NCBI RefSeq assembly: GCF_008831285.2
Contig: NC_045138.2
Span: forward strand, 37,324,001 to 37,388,000
Direction of reading: 5' to 3'
Source: Nymphaea colorata
Taxonomy: Eukaryota
DNA: 64,000 nucleotides
Part shown: piece by piece, positions 24,129-37,667 of the stretch
How the letters are laid out: every line of letters begins with the position of its first letter
Position numbering within the stretch: the stretch's first letter is position 1
Notes under the pieces: generated by a model
Database searches by the model: none
The model's input: only the letters and a program-made list of their open reading frames with translations
Told to the model about the DNA's origin: nothing
Program-made: the position numbers and the translations under genes

Positions 24129-27113
24129 ATGAGCACCAAAGCCACCATTCTCCTCTTCGCTCTCATTTCCTTTCTCCTCTGCTCCTGCAGCAACTCCTCT
24201 GAAGTTGGTAAGCTTTTCCTCTCTCCCTCTCTCATGGATGTTCTTTGCTGCGCTTTTGTTTGATGTGTTAAGAAAACATTTTCTTCTGTAAACGAGCAGA
24301 CGATGAAAAAGAGTTCGATTATAAGGAAGGAAGCAGCAAAGGGCCAGAACACTGGTCTGAGATCCACCCTGAATGGGCAGCTTGCAGAGGCAAAGAGCAA
24401 TCCCCCATTGATCTTCTCAGCAAGAGGGTCGTCGTTCTCCCTCAACTGGGGAGGCTGAAGAGGAAATACAAGCCTGCCCGTGCTGTCTTGAAGAACAGAG
24501 GCCATGATATTATGGTGACTTCTTTCGTTTCTGAATATTTTCCTCCAATAATTTTACCGTCGAACTCGATTTGCAGTCGTGATTTTTTTTCTTTTTTTGG
24601 GAGGATCTTAGATTTGTCAATTGTTCAAGAAAGTAAAAGAAATCATTAATTTCGTTTTCAGCAAGCGCCTGTCATAACTCACATAGTTGGCATAGTTTAC
24701 AAATCACAGCATTTATCTGAGGGAGAAAGAACAAGGTGCAGCGCAGTTGCAGAAAAGATTCTGAAACATCATTTTTTATCTTTTCCTAGAAATTTTGGTC
24801 CTTCATTTCTGTATGGTGAAAAAGCTGACGATCGAAACTTCAAATTTTAAACGAATAGAATTATAAGTTGCCACCAGTTGTTCCAAGCTAAAATTCTAAT
24901 ATTGTACACCTGATACTTACTAACAGACTTTTGAAGAGAAAGTTTAAATGATTATTTGTTTGAAACGTAATTGCAGAAAAATTATGCGTTATTTATCATC
25001 CAATCTTTGATTGATAATGAGACATTCTGCGGCAATAATTCAAAGTGTTAAATGGGTATACTCAGCTTTTCTCTTTTTTACTTTTTACTTTTTCTTTTAT
25101 AAAACCCTTCGCGCTCGCACAATTCCACTAAAGTGGATCTCCTCAAAAATATAAATGAAAACAAAACAAAACCCTCGAATGAGCTAAAACCAAATCATGT
25201 AAATTCGGTTCCTGAGGATCAATTCAGCTGAAACTGTTTTTGAATGACCCAAAAACATTTAAAAAGTAAAAAGTATATAAAATTTAATCAAAAACATAAA
25301 AAATCTGAAATTAATAAAAATAGTCAAAATCTGATACATGGTACCTCTCTTGCTCTACATCGAAGGCGATTTTCCTTAAATAAATATTTTAATCACGCTT
25401 TAGATGAAAAATTACTAGCCTACGTAAAAACAACAATAAAATCAATTGAATTATAATTGTTTTCATATTCATTTCTATCTTGCAACGTACTGTCAGACTA
25501 CTCGGAGCATGCTTAATTTCTTGCAAGAATTCCAGCTAGCTGGTCTCTTTTTATTAATTTTTTTTATTGGTCCCCTTAAAAGGAGTAGGGGGGACAGAAA
25601 AAAATAAAAAATGAAGGAGATTCCCTTGGAGGCTGGCACGTATATATTTTCAATTTTACAGAAAAGGCATCAGCTTTTAGTGAAATAACAGAAAATCGCG
25701 TGGATCTAGTTGAGAAAATTTCCACTTTAACTGCTTATTTTCAAGAAACAGGTAACAGCTCGTGTTGTGATGCAGCTGCAGTGGGTGGGAGAAGCAGGTG
25801 GGATTTACATCAAGGGGGTGAAGTATGAACTGAAGCAGTGCCATTGGCACTCACCTTCCGAGCACTCCATAAATGGGTCAAGGTGTGCTGTGTGTTTTAA
25901 AAATTTTGCAGTAACTTCCATTAATGGCTGAAGTTGGTGTTTAAGTTGTGAAGGTGGAAGCTTATAATGCCGGACTCCGGCGACATTGCAGGTATCAGTT
26001 GGAGCTGCACATGGTTCATGAGAGCAGGGAAGGAGGCGTAGCTGTGGTTGGGATCCTCTACAAACTGGGCAGACCTGATTCCTTCCTTGCCAAGGTTCAA
26101 ACCTGCAACTTTTTCTAGTTCTCGCCCATTGATCACTTGCCCCCTTTCTGTGTATCTGTGTCTTGAACCTTGAAAGTGTCGCCTGACCAGCTGGGGGCTT
26201 CTTAGCCGTTACTGTGCATTTATCAGTACACTCTTTGAGACGGGTGGCAACCTGTTCTCAATTCCTCCGGCAGGACCAGTAACTTATGAATGTGATATCA
26301 GCTGTGTCTAAAGAATCTTGAGAATAGTTAATGGCAGGTCAGAATCTAATATATTATGCACGCCAATTGGTAAAAGAAAAAATAGTAGTTCCAATTCATG
26401 TTCAGATATAAGTATCCGAGCAGATTTGAATTTGGCTTCGAGAAAGCGTCATCAATATTTTATTATTATGCAGAAAACTCATTCATTTTCTTCCTTTCTT
26501 TCTTTTTTCTTTTCATTTGTCCATCAGCTAATGCATGCCATTTCAAAAGTTGACCCAACTGAGGAAGAAGAAATTGGAGTTGTCAATCCAAAAGACATAA
26601 GAATTGGAACCAGAAATTATTACAGATACAAAGGCTCCCTCACCACACCTCCCTGCACTGAAGGTGTGATTTGGACTATTGTTAAAAAGGTAATCACGGT
26701 ATAATGTGACTCATTTATCTCTTCTACATGTGCTCTTTAACAGTTTCAAGTTTGCGAAAAAATCACCAGAAATACCTCACCAACACTTCATAACCCAATT
26801 TCCACATTCTCATGTGGGTGTCCTTGTCTCCTGTTGTTGGTGATTGCATTTATACAGGTGAGAACTGCCTCAAGGAGACAAATTCACGCCCTGAGGGAGG
26901 CCGTTCATGATGTGAGTTTTTTTTTTTCACAAAATTTCAAGGAGCAACTAGGATTTCCAACTTGCTTTAGCCTTCAGCTGCCTTTTCGACAATTTTTTGT
27001 TTTTATTTGTTTATTTATTTTGCCTTTTTGAATAGGGTTTTGAAGTGAATGCAAGGCCAACCCAAGGCATCAATGGCAGACCAATATTGCTATACAAGCC
27101 CAAGTGCATCTGA
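24129..27113 (+). CDS. Alpha carbonic anhydrase, tandem copy 4 (secreted, ~265 aa), closest paralogue of copy 3
   Basis: Exons 24129-24207, 24300-24514, 25776-25882, 25992-26094, 26528-26689, 26858-26911, 27036-27113. Exon lengths identical to copy 3. Motifs [28 protein letters not shown]. Confidence 0.96.
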
Positions 27114-28284
27114 GGTCTACTTCACAAGCGTCCCTTTAGCCATATGACTTGTTGAAACAACCAGTTGCTTAAGGTTGTTCAAAGTATTAGTAATATTTTC
27201 CAGCTACTGTCAAAAGTAAATGAATTCAGTTTCACCTCCAAGCTAATATTTGCATTTTTGAACTTTTAAGAAGAAAAATCTCACAACAGGATCAAGAAGA
27301 TATATAATAAAACAGATCCATCGATTGCTCTCCTTTAAGAACTGTCCGTTAGCGATTCAGAGGTGTAACACACATGGAGCTCCTTAATTGCCCATAAATG
27401 ACTCTTTTTAGCGCATTGCACGACGTAACCACTGAAGACAAAACGCAGGCTTTGGAAGCAAGAGCATTTTTCTGTTTTGCATGCAAAAACTGACGACCAA
27501 CCTGTAAGGAAAACACCTGTTACTGGCATTGCAGGCGAACCCGGTTACCCGTTCGTGGCTTTTCAGAAAGAGCAGTAATCAAACACCACTAAAACGTGTT
27601 CTTGGAGTTCTCAGTTTCAGTTGCTTGAGAGAACACAGGCCTGAAGGAACGCTAGGATTTTCAATTCAGACGAACTAAAAAGGGTTTAACCATCTACAAG
27701 GCCTCGGTTTCGATATTTTAAGATGAAAACGAAAAGGAAACATGCACTGCACATGAAAGATTTTAGCAAGGATTCTTTAACTCAAGAACCGATCCTGACA
27801 AAAATACTCAAAAACAGCTTTCATATACTCGACATGGAAAATTGGCGCATGTTTTCCTTCCAAAAGACTGGCGCACGAAAAGAATAGAAATCGGCAAAAA
27901 GAACACAGGAGAGCATTTCATTTGGAACTACTAAAATAAAAAAAATGTGGAGAGAGACAAAAACAAAAACGAGGGAAAGTATCAGCGGCCAGGGCATCAA
28001 CCTAATATGAATTTCGCGCCACTTTTGATGCACAATGCAATGGAGTCCAGCCTCGTTGATATAGGCCCTTTGGGTGTTCACAGAGAGGGAAAGAGGGAGA
28101 ATGGACAAGATCGTTCACTAAACCAGTGGATCCAAGCAACATGACAGCCATCTCCTCCACGCAACTTGTACAGTAAACACAACCGTGAGTAGTCTGTTGT
28201 GGTACAAACCCATCTCAAGTACACCGTAAATCAGGACGAAGGCTTCCATAGTCAAGCATGGGCATCATTAACAAGTAACACGGA

Positions 28285-31200
28285 TTAATCGCCACTTTTG
28301 AGGGCTTTAGCATGGTGGCGGATATGATCCTCAATAAAGGTAGCGATGAAGAAGTAGGAGTGATCGTACCCAGGCTGCATCCTCAACATGAATGGGGCAC
28401 CCACACTCCTGCAAGCTTCCTCAAACCTGTGAGGCAGCAACTGTTCATGCAAAAACTTGTCTTCGTCACCCTGCATTTAGGGTAAGATTGATAAATTAGA
28501 TGTTGTTTATGATATTATAATACCATTCAGCATAATTGGGATTTATTCAGTTAATTTAATCAGATTGAGTTGCAAGTCAATTGGACTTGCAAGATTAGAT
28601 ATGTTAAAACGGCCAAGGAATGTGACGGTTAAGATATTATACTCTTTTCGAACCATCTAAGACCTTTTTTGAACATTACACTATACTCAGAGTAGCTCAA
28701 ACATGTAGGCAGGCAAATGAACTGCTGGGAGCACATGTGGGCGGACAATTTGACTGTTGTGACCAATGCAGAACATCGAAAGAAAAAAACCAGCACGGGC
28801 TTTAAACATAAAGGACTGTTAAGACTCCTTCAAGAGCTGGACTCTCAGTCCCCAACAGTCAATTATGTAGGCAATGCACTCTGTTACCACAGAAAACACA
28901 AACAATCCAGTCGCATAAAATTATAAAACAACTCATCATATATTAACTATAATTAGTTAGAAACCCAAAGTTGAATTGATTTTCAAGACCAGTAATGTTG
29001 TTGGTGACTACCTGATCAATTAGGATAGGTGTTGAAAACTTGTTACATTTCTTAACCAGGGAAGTTGCATCATACTCCTGCAGGTCCAAGAAATTAAGGT
29101 GGAGTCACCAAGGAAAGTCAACAAAACAAGGAAATTAAACAATTTTTTCAGAATTTTGTATGCATTAAGAGTCAGATATTGTTCATACCTCCCAGAGAGA
29201 TTTGTCACTGCCTAAGTAATTTGAGAAAGCCTTCTGACCCCAGGGACAATCTATGGGATTAGCAATTGGTGCAAATGCTGAAACTGACTGTTGAGGTGGA
29301 ATCATGGAGAAGTGAAGTCTCATCAAAATGAGCATGCACCCAACCTTGTATAGTCAAGAAAATGGAACAATAGAGAAGTATTACCTTATAACTTGAAGGA
29401 TTTTTTAGGTAGATAGTCAAAGCACCATGGCCTCCCATTGAGTGCCCAAAAATGGAGGCTCGTGAAGTATCAAGCTGTTGAAAATTATCGCTCAAAAGCT
29501 TAGGCAGTTCGTTGACAACATAGTCATACATTTGCCAGTTTTTCCATTTCTCTTGTGTAGCATTCAGATAAAATCCAGCACCTGCATCATGTGCGCAGTC
29601 TAAGAGCTAGTACATATCGCAAATAACTACAATTTAAATCTTTACCGTTGTTCAATGTTCAGTACACTGAGACTTCACCTAGACAAGGCTAAGATTCAGA
29701 ATCAAATGGAGTATGAATACTTCATCAATGAACATAATACTTCCAAGAACGAAAAGGTAATATACCCACACCAAAGTCCCAACTGTCTGCTTCTCCTTCC
29801 ACATTCAGACCTCCTGCCCAGATAGAAATGGAATATCATTACATTAATGCAGAAAATTGTCTAGGTGTACATAGCAGATAGCTAACAAGGATCTTAGAAA
29901 GCAAAAATTAGGGTCACTAGGCAAGAACAATTGCATTTACCAATTGCTAGCTGCATTACATAAATCCGAAGAATACGCATGCCCAAAACAACATGACAGT
30001 TGACGCCAGAAAAGAACATCTTTTCTAATAAATGTTTGCTTACTAAATCAAAAAGAGAAATGCAGTGTCTTTAATTTATATCTTGGGAAAATTACAGACA
30101 TTTTGTTGCAGAAGCCAGGAGTACAAGCGTAAATTTCCAAGTCCTTATCTTGATAAGTGTAACATAATACATGAAGAAGCCTGCATCTTTCTGAGGCTAC
30201 ATCAACCAGTCAGGCCCACAAAAATAAAAATTTTAGCATTCGAGTACTTTTTTGAAACTTACATGAGCAAAAGCTTCATATTAATGGACAAAAGAAGAAA
30301 GAAAGAATACTTCAGAGATTTTGTGTATTGCAAACAGTATACATCCTAAGAGGAAGCAAGCATCTTTCCTAGGGCTATCAATTGGGAACCATTCCAAACA
30401 GCACGAAGAAACTTTGAGAAGAGTGAACCGGTTAAAGTCCACGCTTGCCTATCTATCACTTGGGAACCATTCCAAACAGCACGACGGAACTTTGAGAAGA
30501 GTGAACCGGTTAAAATCCATGCTTGCCTATTACTATCTTGAACTCATGGCATTAACCGGGTGTCTTGTATCAACTCACTTGGCGATGTATCTGGTGCAAT
30601 TAATGCAACACCCTCGATAGAAGCTGCACGTTGAGCCCCGGACTTGATGATAAAGTTCTCATCCGAGCATGTGAGTCCAGACAACCAGTAGAGCACCTAG
30701 GAAGAAAGCAATTAACCATTGCAAGGTAATGTAAAGTGCAAACATGCAGTCATGAAGCTACATGCATTTCCTGGTTAAACAAGGAAACACATAAGCTCAA
30801 CCATTCTTCAGGACAAAACTAAAAGAAACTACCAAATAAAACGATCTTGCTACTGCATAATCTCAACCATCACTTCAAAGAAACAACACCCGACGTCCCA
30901 GGGTTCGGAGTGCTTATTATATAATCAACATACGACCAGCATATATAGGCAAAGAACGGATGCCTTTGCATTCTTAGATACGCCAACCAATGTCTATATG
31001 TGTTCTAGATATTACCACATATGTAGCAGGAGAAAGTTATTTCGACTGATTACAACACCAGTAGACCGACAGTAGCAGAATTCTGCAGGAACGTAATTTT
31101 TCTAGAAAAAAAAAAACCGACTAGTTCCGATACCACTACACAGCCACTAGCAAAATTCCTACTCCATCGTAACCAAAAAAGAAATGGAGACAAACTAACA

Positions 31201-31685
31201 GACGTCAATAATTTTCATTCTCAATGGACCCCTTCATTTCAGAATCTGTATCGTTCATGCATATTCTGACACACGCGACGAATCTAGTTCTGAACACTTG
31301 CATTGTCAAATAGAAGGTAACAACAGCTCCTAGCAAACCAAGGCCTCCACAAATCAAAGTGCCACAAATATTTTAAGTTTTAGAGCGAATTAGAAACTAC
31401 CCACGTAGAGATTAAACGCCCGACACACTATGTTTAACTCCAAGCACCGAAATCGAAACTGAGACTACAGATGAGGAAACGAAACCCGGGAAACCCCAAC
31501 AGAAATTTCAAGAAAAGAAGGAAAAAAAGGAAAGGGCTTCTTACGGGGAGCTTCTGAGAGTCCGCAGAGGGAGGGAAGTAGATATAAAAGGTCATAGAGC
31601 AGCCGAGGGTTGGGCTGAAATGTCGGTACCTCCTGTTGTAACCTCCAAACATCTTGGAGCTACCAATCTCCGTTAGTCCCTCCAT
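28285..31685 (-). CDS. SFGH: S-formylglutathione hydrolase / esterase D (284 aa)
   Basis: Exons 31685-31545, 30696-30579, 29813-29766, 29581-29385, 29287-29189, 29077-29012, 28470-28285 (855 nt). Motifs [31 protein letters not shown], nucleophile [24 protein letters not shown]. Confidence 0.97.
30375..30530. repeat. 78-bp tandem duplication in SFGH intron 2
   Basis: CTATCA.TTGGGAACCATTCCAAACAGCACGA...ACTTTGAGAAGAGTGAACCGGTTAAA.TCCA.GCTTGCCTAT, two copies (30375-30452, 30453-30530). Confidence 0.92.
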
Positions 31686-32233
31686 TTCCAGCAGAAGAGA
31701 TCTCGAGGATATTCGCAGAACCCTAGTCCCGAAACCTCGACCCTCTCTCGCTCGCGCGCGCGCGAATGAATGACACTTACGTTACGCCGCGATCCTGTAC
31801 AGTGATGCAACAAATATCTGCGAACGAATTTATCGCGGCCACCACCGATAAGTTTGGAGGAAAATACGATAACTTTTCAGTGTTACTCTGGTTCTAATAC
31901 ATGGCAGCAGGCATGTTAAAAACTACTAATTATACTTTAAATATTAAAAAAAAAATCACCTCATTGAGGTGAAGTAACATATAGATAACGGTGCATTCAT
32001 GAATAATATTGTCAAGTATAAATTTGGCAGATCCGAGTGTGTGAAGGTCGCGTTCCGATGACATCTTGAAAAAAAGATTTTTTTGAAAATTTGGGTTTGT
32101 GAAAATTAATTTTTTAATGAACTTTGAAAACCTGTTTAGTGTTTCTTTAAAGTGGTTCTTATTTGGATGCCAAAAAAGGAGTTTTAGATAGTGTTTTAGA
32201 AAACTATGTGAGACAATATTATGTATAAAATAC

Positions 32234-32498
32234 AGGGTGTTATTATTGTTATTTAAAAAGAAAAGAGATGAAAACATGCTGACAAGTGCCATGGTCATGT
32301 TTATATACACAATTTGCTCATTGATCAGATTAATACTTTCAGTCTGCATGAAACATGATTTATTCATTGGAGGGGTAACATGCCAAATAGTATTTCCATT
32401 GAGCAATTAACAAAGATAATTGTGTATATAAACATCACCATGGCACTTGTCAGCATGTTTTCATCTCTTTTCTTTTTAAATAACAATAATAACACCCT
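32234..32498. repeat. Near-perfect 81-bp inverted repeat (foldback/MITE-like) upstream of SFGH
   Basis: Arm 32234-32314 matches the reverse complement of 32418-32498 with a single mismatch (ggtCatg / ggtGatg). Spacer 103 bp. Confidence 0.93.
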
Positions 32499-33171
32499 TT
32501 ATTTTTTAAAATCAGCAACAATGCCCACCCTTTGAAATTGTTGGGAGATTTGTATTGTAGGTTTTAATTTGCGAATAATGTATTTGCCTACGGACACCTG
32601 ATTTTCAGTAGAAGTTGAAGATGTGAGGCTTATATAAAAAAAAACTACTATAAATTACACTTGAATTTCAATAGAAGTTGAAGATGTGAGCCGGCACATA
32701 TTGAAACCATCTGAAGTATGCAGCGGTAAAAATAATAAAATCATCACAGCAAAGGTTGTTGTAATATTTATAATGAAAAAAAAAAAAAAACATGAATGGA
32801 AAAACCCTTTTGAAAAAAATGGACACTGAGTCACTTAGTCAGAGCCGGACTTGGCACTTACTTTCAAACACTTGAATTTGGATCAGGACTTGACTTCAAA
32901 ATTTTAAGCTCGATCACCAATCTGGATCTGACCCAAAAACCCTTAATCCCTACCGTTAATTAATTATTCCGGGTCTCAAAAGAAGAACTTATGATATAAA
33001 TCAAAATGAAGCTGAGATTAGTTTAAAACAATATCGGCGACGAATCTACCCTCCTCTTCATCTTTCATCTTTATTCAGCTTTAACTAGGACTCCCTACCC
33101 AAGTAGAACGTCAACGAGTGTCAAGTTCTCAACTCATGGGTTAAGGATATTTGAAAATAAATGAAGAATTA

Positions 33172-33672
33172 AAGATGGTGAATGGATATGACATCATAGA
33201 ATTTATTCTCTCCGATGCTTAGAAAAAATAAGCCTACAGCCCAATGAGTGGGGTTTTTTATTTTAGTTGAAGCCTTTATCAACCTAGGTCAGTTAATCAT
33301 GGAGCATGTTGATGATACTCATGAATATTTTGCTGAATTCAATGTATAAGCGTAGCTTTTATGTTATGTATCATTTTTACCTTTTTTGGTGAAGGGTTAG
33401 GCCAATCTTTTGTCTTTGTTTAGTGTTAAGGTTTGTATTGGTCTTCCCTTGTATATATCCATTTTATTGAAATAAAGGTAGGGGGCCTAACCCCTAAGCA
33501 AGCTTTTCACTTCAACACCTTATGTGGTTAAGATATAGGATTTGCTTTCATTTTCTACATGTTCCTTGTGCTTCAACTTATTCCTTTTTGGACACAAAAA
33601 GTTGATGTCATGAAGATGGTGATCGATATGACATCATAGAATTTATTCTCTCAGATGCTTAGAAGAAATAAA
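33172..33672. repeat. ~60-bp direct repeat pair about 440 bp apart
   Basis: AAGATGGTGA...GATATGACATCATAGAATTTATTCTCTC.GATGCTTAGAA.AAATAA at 33172-33232 and 33613-33672. Confidence 0.85.
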
Positions 33673-36600
33673 GTTATTGTTGTAGAGATTCTAAACAAAA
33701 GCCAACCGCCTACTAGCTCTCACCTTCAACCGTTGCATTGAAAATCACGCCAACTATCTTTTATTTTAACTTTTTATGTTTAAATTGATCAAACTTGTTT
33801 ATTGTAACTCTTCATTAGGGCCCCAAGCCTTGGAAATGCTCATATTAGTGCTTGGGAAGTGCTAGATAATTTTATCTATTTGACAAATGCAAGGTGGCTG
33901 TTTTTGTCGGCTGTACTCGTTATTGTGCTCCGTATCGGCAAGCTTGCCGATACCGATATGAAGCCGAGTCGGGCCCGTATTTGGTACATGAACAAAAATA
34001 CTAATTTACACTTTTTTTTGACTTATTTTCTCAAAGCCGATATAGGCGACTGCTTAATTATATGATTTTGTCATAAGCCCATGTTTCTCATATGATTTAT
34101 CATAAGCATCATGTTTATTTGTTTAAAGTGGTGGGACACAGTACCTCATAAACACACAGGACACTTTAGACTCTTTTTTGAGTAGCGCTACTCAAGGTAG
34201 GGGTGATCTCAAACGTTGACAGCGTACTGGCAACTTAGCAGCCTTGAAAAGAGGACAATACTTTGAACCCTCTCCTATTTTTTTCTCATTTATTGGGATT
34301 TAAAGTTGTTTTGAGATTTGAGTGAAGAACAGTACACCCATCAACTAAAGTATCTTTCACTGGTTCACCAAGCTAACCAACTATGTTATCTCGAGTCTTG
34401 AACTTTTTTTGAGTTCAAAAAAACTCACCTTATTTTGTTGATTTAACAAATCAAGTTTAAATTTACATGGGTCTGGCTCGAGCTAGGTAGGCCAGATTAA
34501 GTTTAAGTTCCATTCGGTTGGTTGCAAATTTTTTATTCGTTTTTGCTTGTCTGTGACTTCTGCATTCTTGAAATATGTTAAATTTTAATTTAGGTTTACG
34601 TTACATAAACGTTGAAAAGCAATGACTAAGTCATTCGCGTCAAATCTTAGATCATTTGCGTGAAGCCTTAAGTTATCGAGTCACATAGTTGAGATCATCA
34701 AGATGCCAAGTTGAAGGCCTTTGATCAAATCTTTACACTGTCATTCTGCAACTCCAACGAGAGTTAAACATCAAACCCTTACCCAAATACCCATCGAAAT
34801 TGCTCATAAATTAATGTAATCGTCGCTATCCACTAAAAAAAAAAGAGTCAAAGCTTAAGGCCGTAGATCCGTCTCAAAATATATTTATGGGAATTATGTG
34901 ATCTGTGGATGCAATGATCTACGTGCAATCACGCCCAAACTACAGTAACGATTAACTCCATTGCAAAATTTAAAAGAAGTACAAATGAAGACGGAAGATT
35001 GAAGAACTCAAGCAAGATTTTAGTAAAGAAAGAAACTCGTAAACGCCAACTAAAATTTAAGCCAAAACCATCGTTGGAAGCAATAACGGAACCCTGATGC
35101 CAAACTAATCCTGCATAAATTTCGAACTGAATCAAATAAATGAGAACAAACAGATCCAAAGCTAAACCAAACCATGGAATCAGTCTGCCGAACTGCCCAT
35201 TCTAATTCCTAGATTTCCGCTTTGCTCTGCCCATAGAATGATAGAAGCCTCCTGTTCTTGACTCGTCCTAATCAAGCTGAATTCATGGATCAACATCACT
35301 TGGGTGACGATGCTGAAGGTCTCCCCACACGCTACCCAACAAGGTTATTTTGAAAATGATTGTGTGGGGAGCTCATCAAGAAGGGGGAAAAGAAACAGGA
35401 ATGAAAAATTCTTCCATCTTGTGCATATCGACCAAGACACTTGTTCTCTGATAATTTCAGAAGCACATAGTGTGGACAGAATCTCTGCCGGTATTATGTT
35501 TAGAATCCTTATGAAATTTGATTTTGAGTTTCCTAGTTTTGGTACAGAGCCAACTATTCTTTCGCCTTTTGCTAAAGTATTTTATAATATATGCAACCAA
35601 ACTAGAATTTTAAGTGAAAATCTCGCGTCTAAGTTGGGTAGAGCCAAGTCAAACCCGTTCACGCTATCTTTGCCAACTTGATAACTCATTTTCATCTATG
35701 CACATTTCTTTCATGATCAAGACATGTACCAATCTTTTTCACGTGCTTCGATTTCCTCCTATATTTCTTTGGAAGTCTATATTCAGGTTGGAATTGGAAG
35801 GTTGCAAGGAAAAATCATGCTAATATTAAAGAAGCTCAAAGCTCTTGTTGGCTACTTCGTCGAAAGTTTACTAAATTTTGATCAGTTGAATGTATAGAAT
35901 TGAATTACAACTGAACTATCGTAACTGAGATCCACTTGCATCTCCCTGCTGCAGGATAAGCTCTTGAGAACATTCAACGTTTTCTCGTTTAGAACGCTTG
36001 ACAGAGACAGCGGTAAGCAGGAATTCGAGAGTAATGAAGGAAAGATCGTTTTCTACAGAATTACGTCGGTGGGAAGTTGAAATAACAACTATCTATACGG
36101 AATACATGTACGCCAGGAACGAAGAGATCCATTTATGATTTACCGGAATGGGGCTTTTACAAGTGCATTAAGTGGATGGCTTCTTGAACAAGGAACAGTG
36201 ATCTTCTCTGGGTTTCTCAGATCTAATTACATTTTTTATTTGTAAGGGGGCTACTTTTAAAATGAGAGACTTGAAAACTGGTGTAAGCTTCCCTCACGCG
36301 GAAGCCGCCTTTAAATCAATAGCTTTCTTCGATTAGTTGAATTTGAAATTGACTTTGGCTCTCGCTTTCTCCGGCTTTGACCTGCTTATTAGACATTGGA
36401 TGTGGCACTGGTAATCTGCAAACTACTTAATTTTAGCACTCAACAGGAAGTGACGACGAAGTTTACGATGAAGCCAACTCTCAACAAGAACGTGGGAGAT
36501 TTTGAGAGCATGTGAGCTTGCAAGGGGAGCTCCACGCAAGTCTCGTTCTTTCCGCCCGCAGGGTAACTCTCCTCCCCAAGAAATAGAGGAAAAACCAAAA

Positions 36601-37667
36601 ATAGATAAAAAAAAAATTATGTAAATTGTTTACTTGTTTGGAAGGAAATAAAATTTTATGCAAAAACGTAGATGAATGGCCTGTAGATGCGTAAAGGAAA
36701 GAGGGTAAAAATTTATGCCGCCTCCTGCAATTAATTTTTCAGCAAAGCTTCAATCTACCCCACCACCCACAACTTTTATCCAACCGCAATGCCGACCAGG
36801 GGCTATAAGCGACGGCCCTGAGAGCGCTGTTTCCACGAGAGATCATTCTTCTGGGCAACACCCCTTGCAGGCTGCAGGCCGGTAGAGTAGGTAGCCTAAG
36901 AAGCCGGCTTCGGTAGATTCACCAGGCTGGATATCTAGCTGTTTTTAAGGTCTCCTTGTGAAGGATTTCTTGTTTTGGTGCATCTGCTTGATGGCTTTTT
37001 TATGAGCACTTATTGAGGTTTGGTGGGTATCAGAAGCTTGAACGGCGAAGCTGGTTGTGTTTGTTTTCTTTGTTTTTGGCCTTTTTGGGGTTGGAGCTTT
37101 GTAATTTTGAATCTTAAGGGAGTAGAACTGGAGCTTGGAATGTGGTGCTTGAAATATGATCATGGCAATGCCTGACAATGAAAGGTTTGGTTGTAAGCAG
37201 CTCTCTAATGTGTGTTTTTGCATGTATTGCGTTTTTTTATCTTTTATCTCTTCAACTAGTAAGGGAGCCAGATTTAAAGAGGTTTTCTTCTGATTTTTTC
37301 ATTTTTATCCGCTCCAATTGTGTCAATTGATAACTGATATCGGTGTTTCTTCGTCTCTCTTCTTTTTTCCGCTTGTCAGATGAAATTTGGGTCAAGGGGT
37401 GGTTCGGATATTGGGTTTTCTGTGTTCAGCAATTAGCATAACCGTTACGGAAAGAACGATCTTTAGCAAATTCTCACGATTGGAGAAAAACTCGTTGAGG
37501 AGGAAATTAGAGTCTCTATCTGGGAAGGTGAAAAGGTGTTGTAGCTGCAAAGATTGGTTAAAGTGATTTGGGTGTTTGAGGTTGTTCTTCTTGGACATTT
37601 ATAAAGAGGACTTGGGACATTGTCAATTATCCTACGTGTCTGTTGTAAGATACCTGACCCCAAAGAT

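Noticed and set aside
34900..36300. ORFs of 69-125 aa in the SFGH-GPDHC1 intergenic region
   Set aside because: No recognisable motifs or coherent exon chain; likely chance ORFs.
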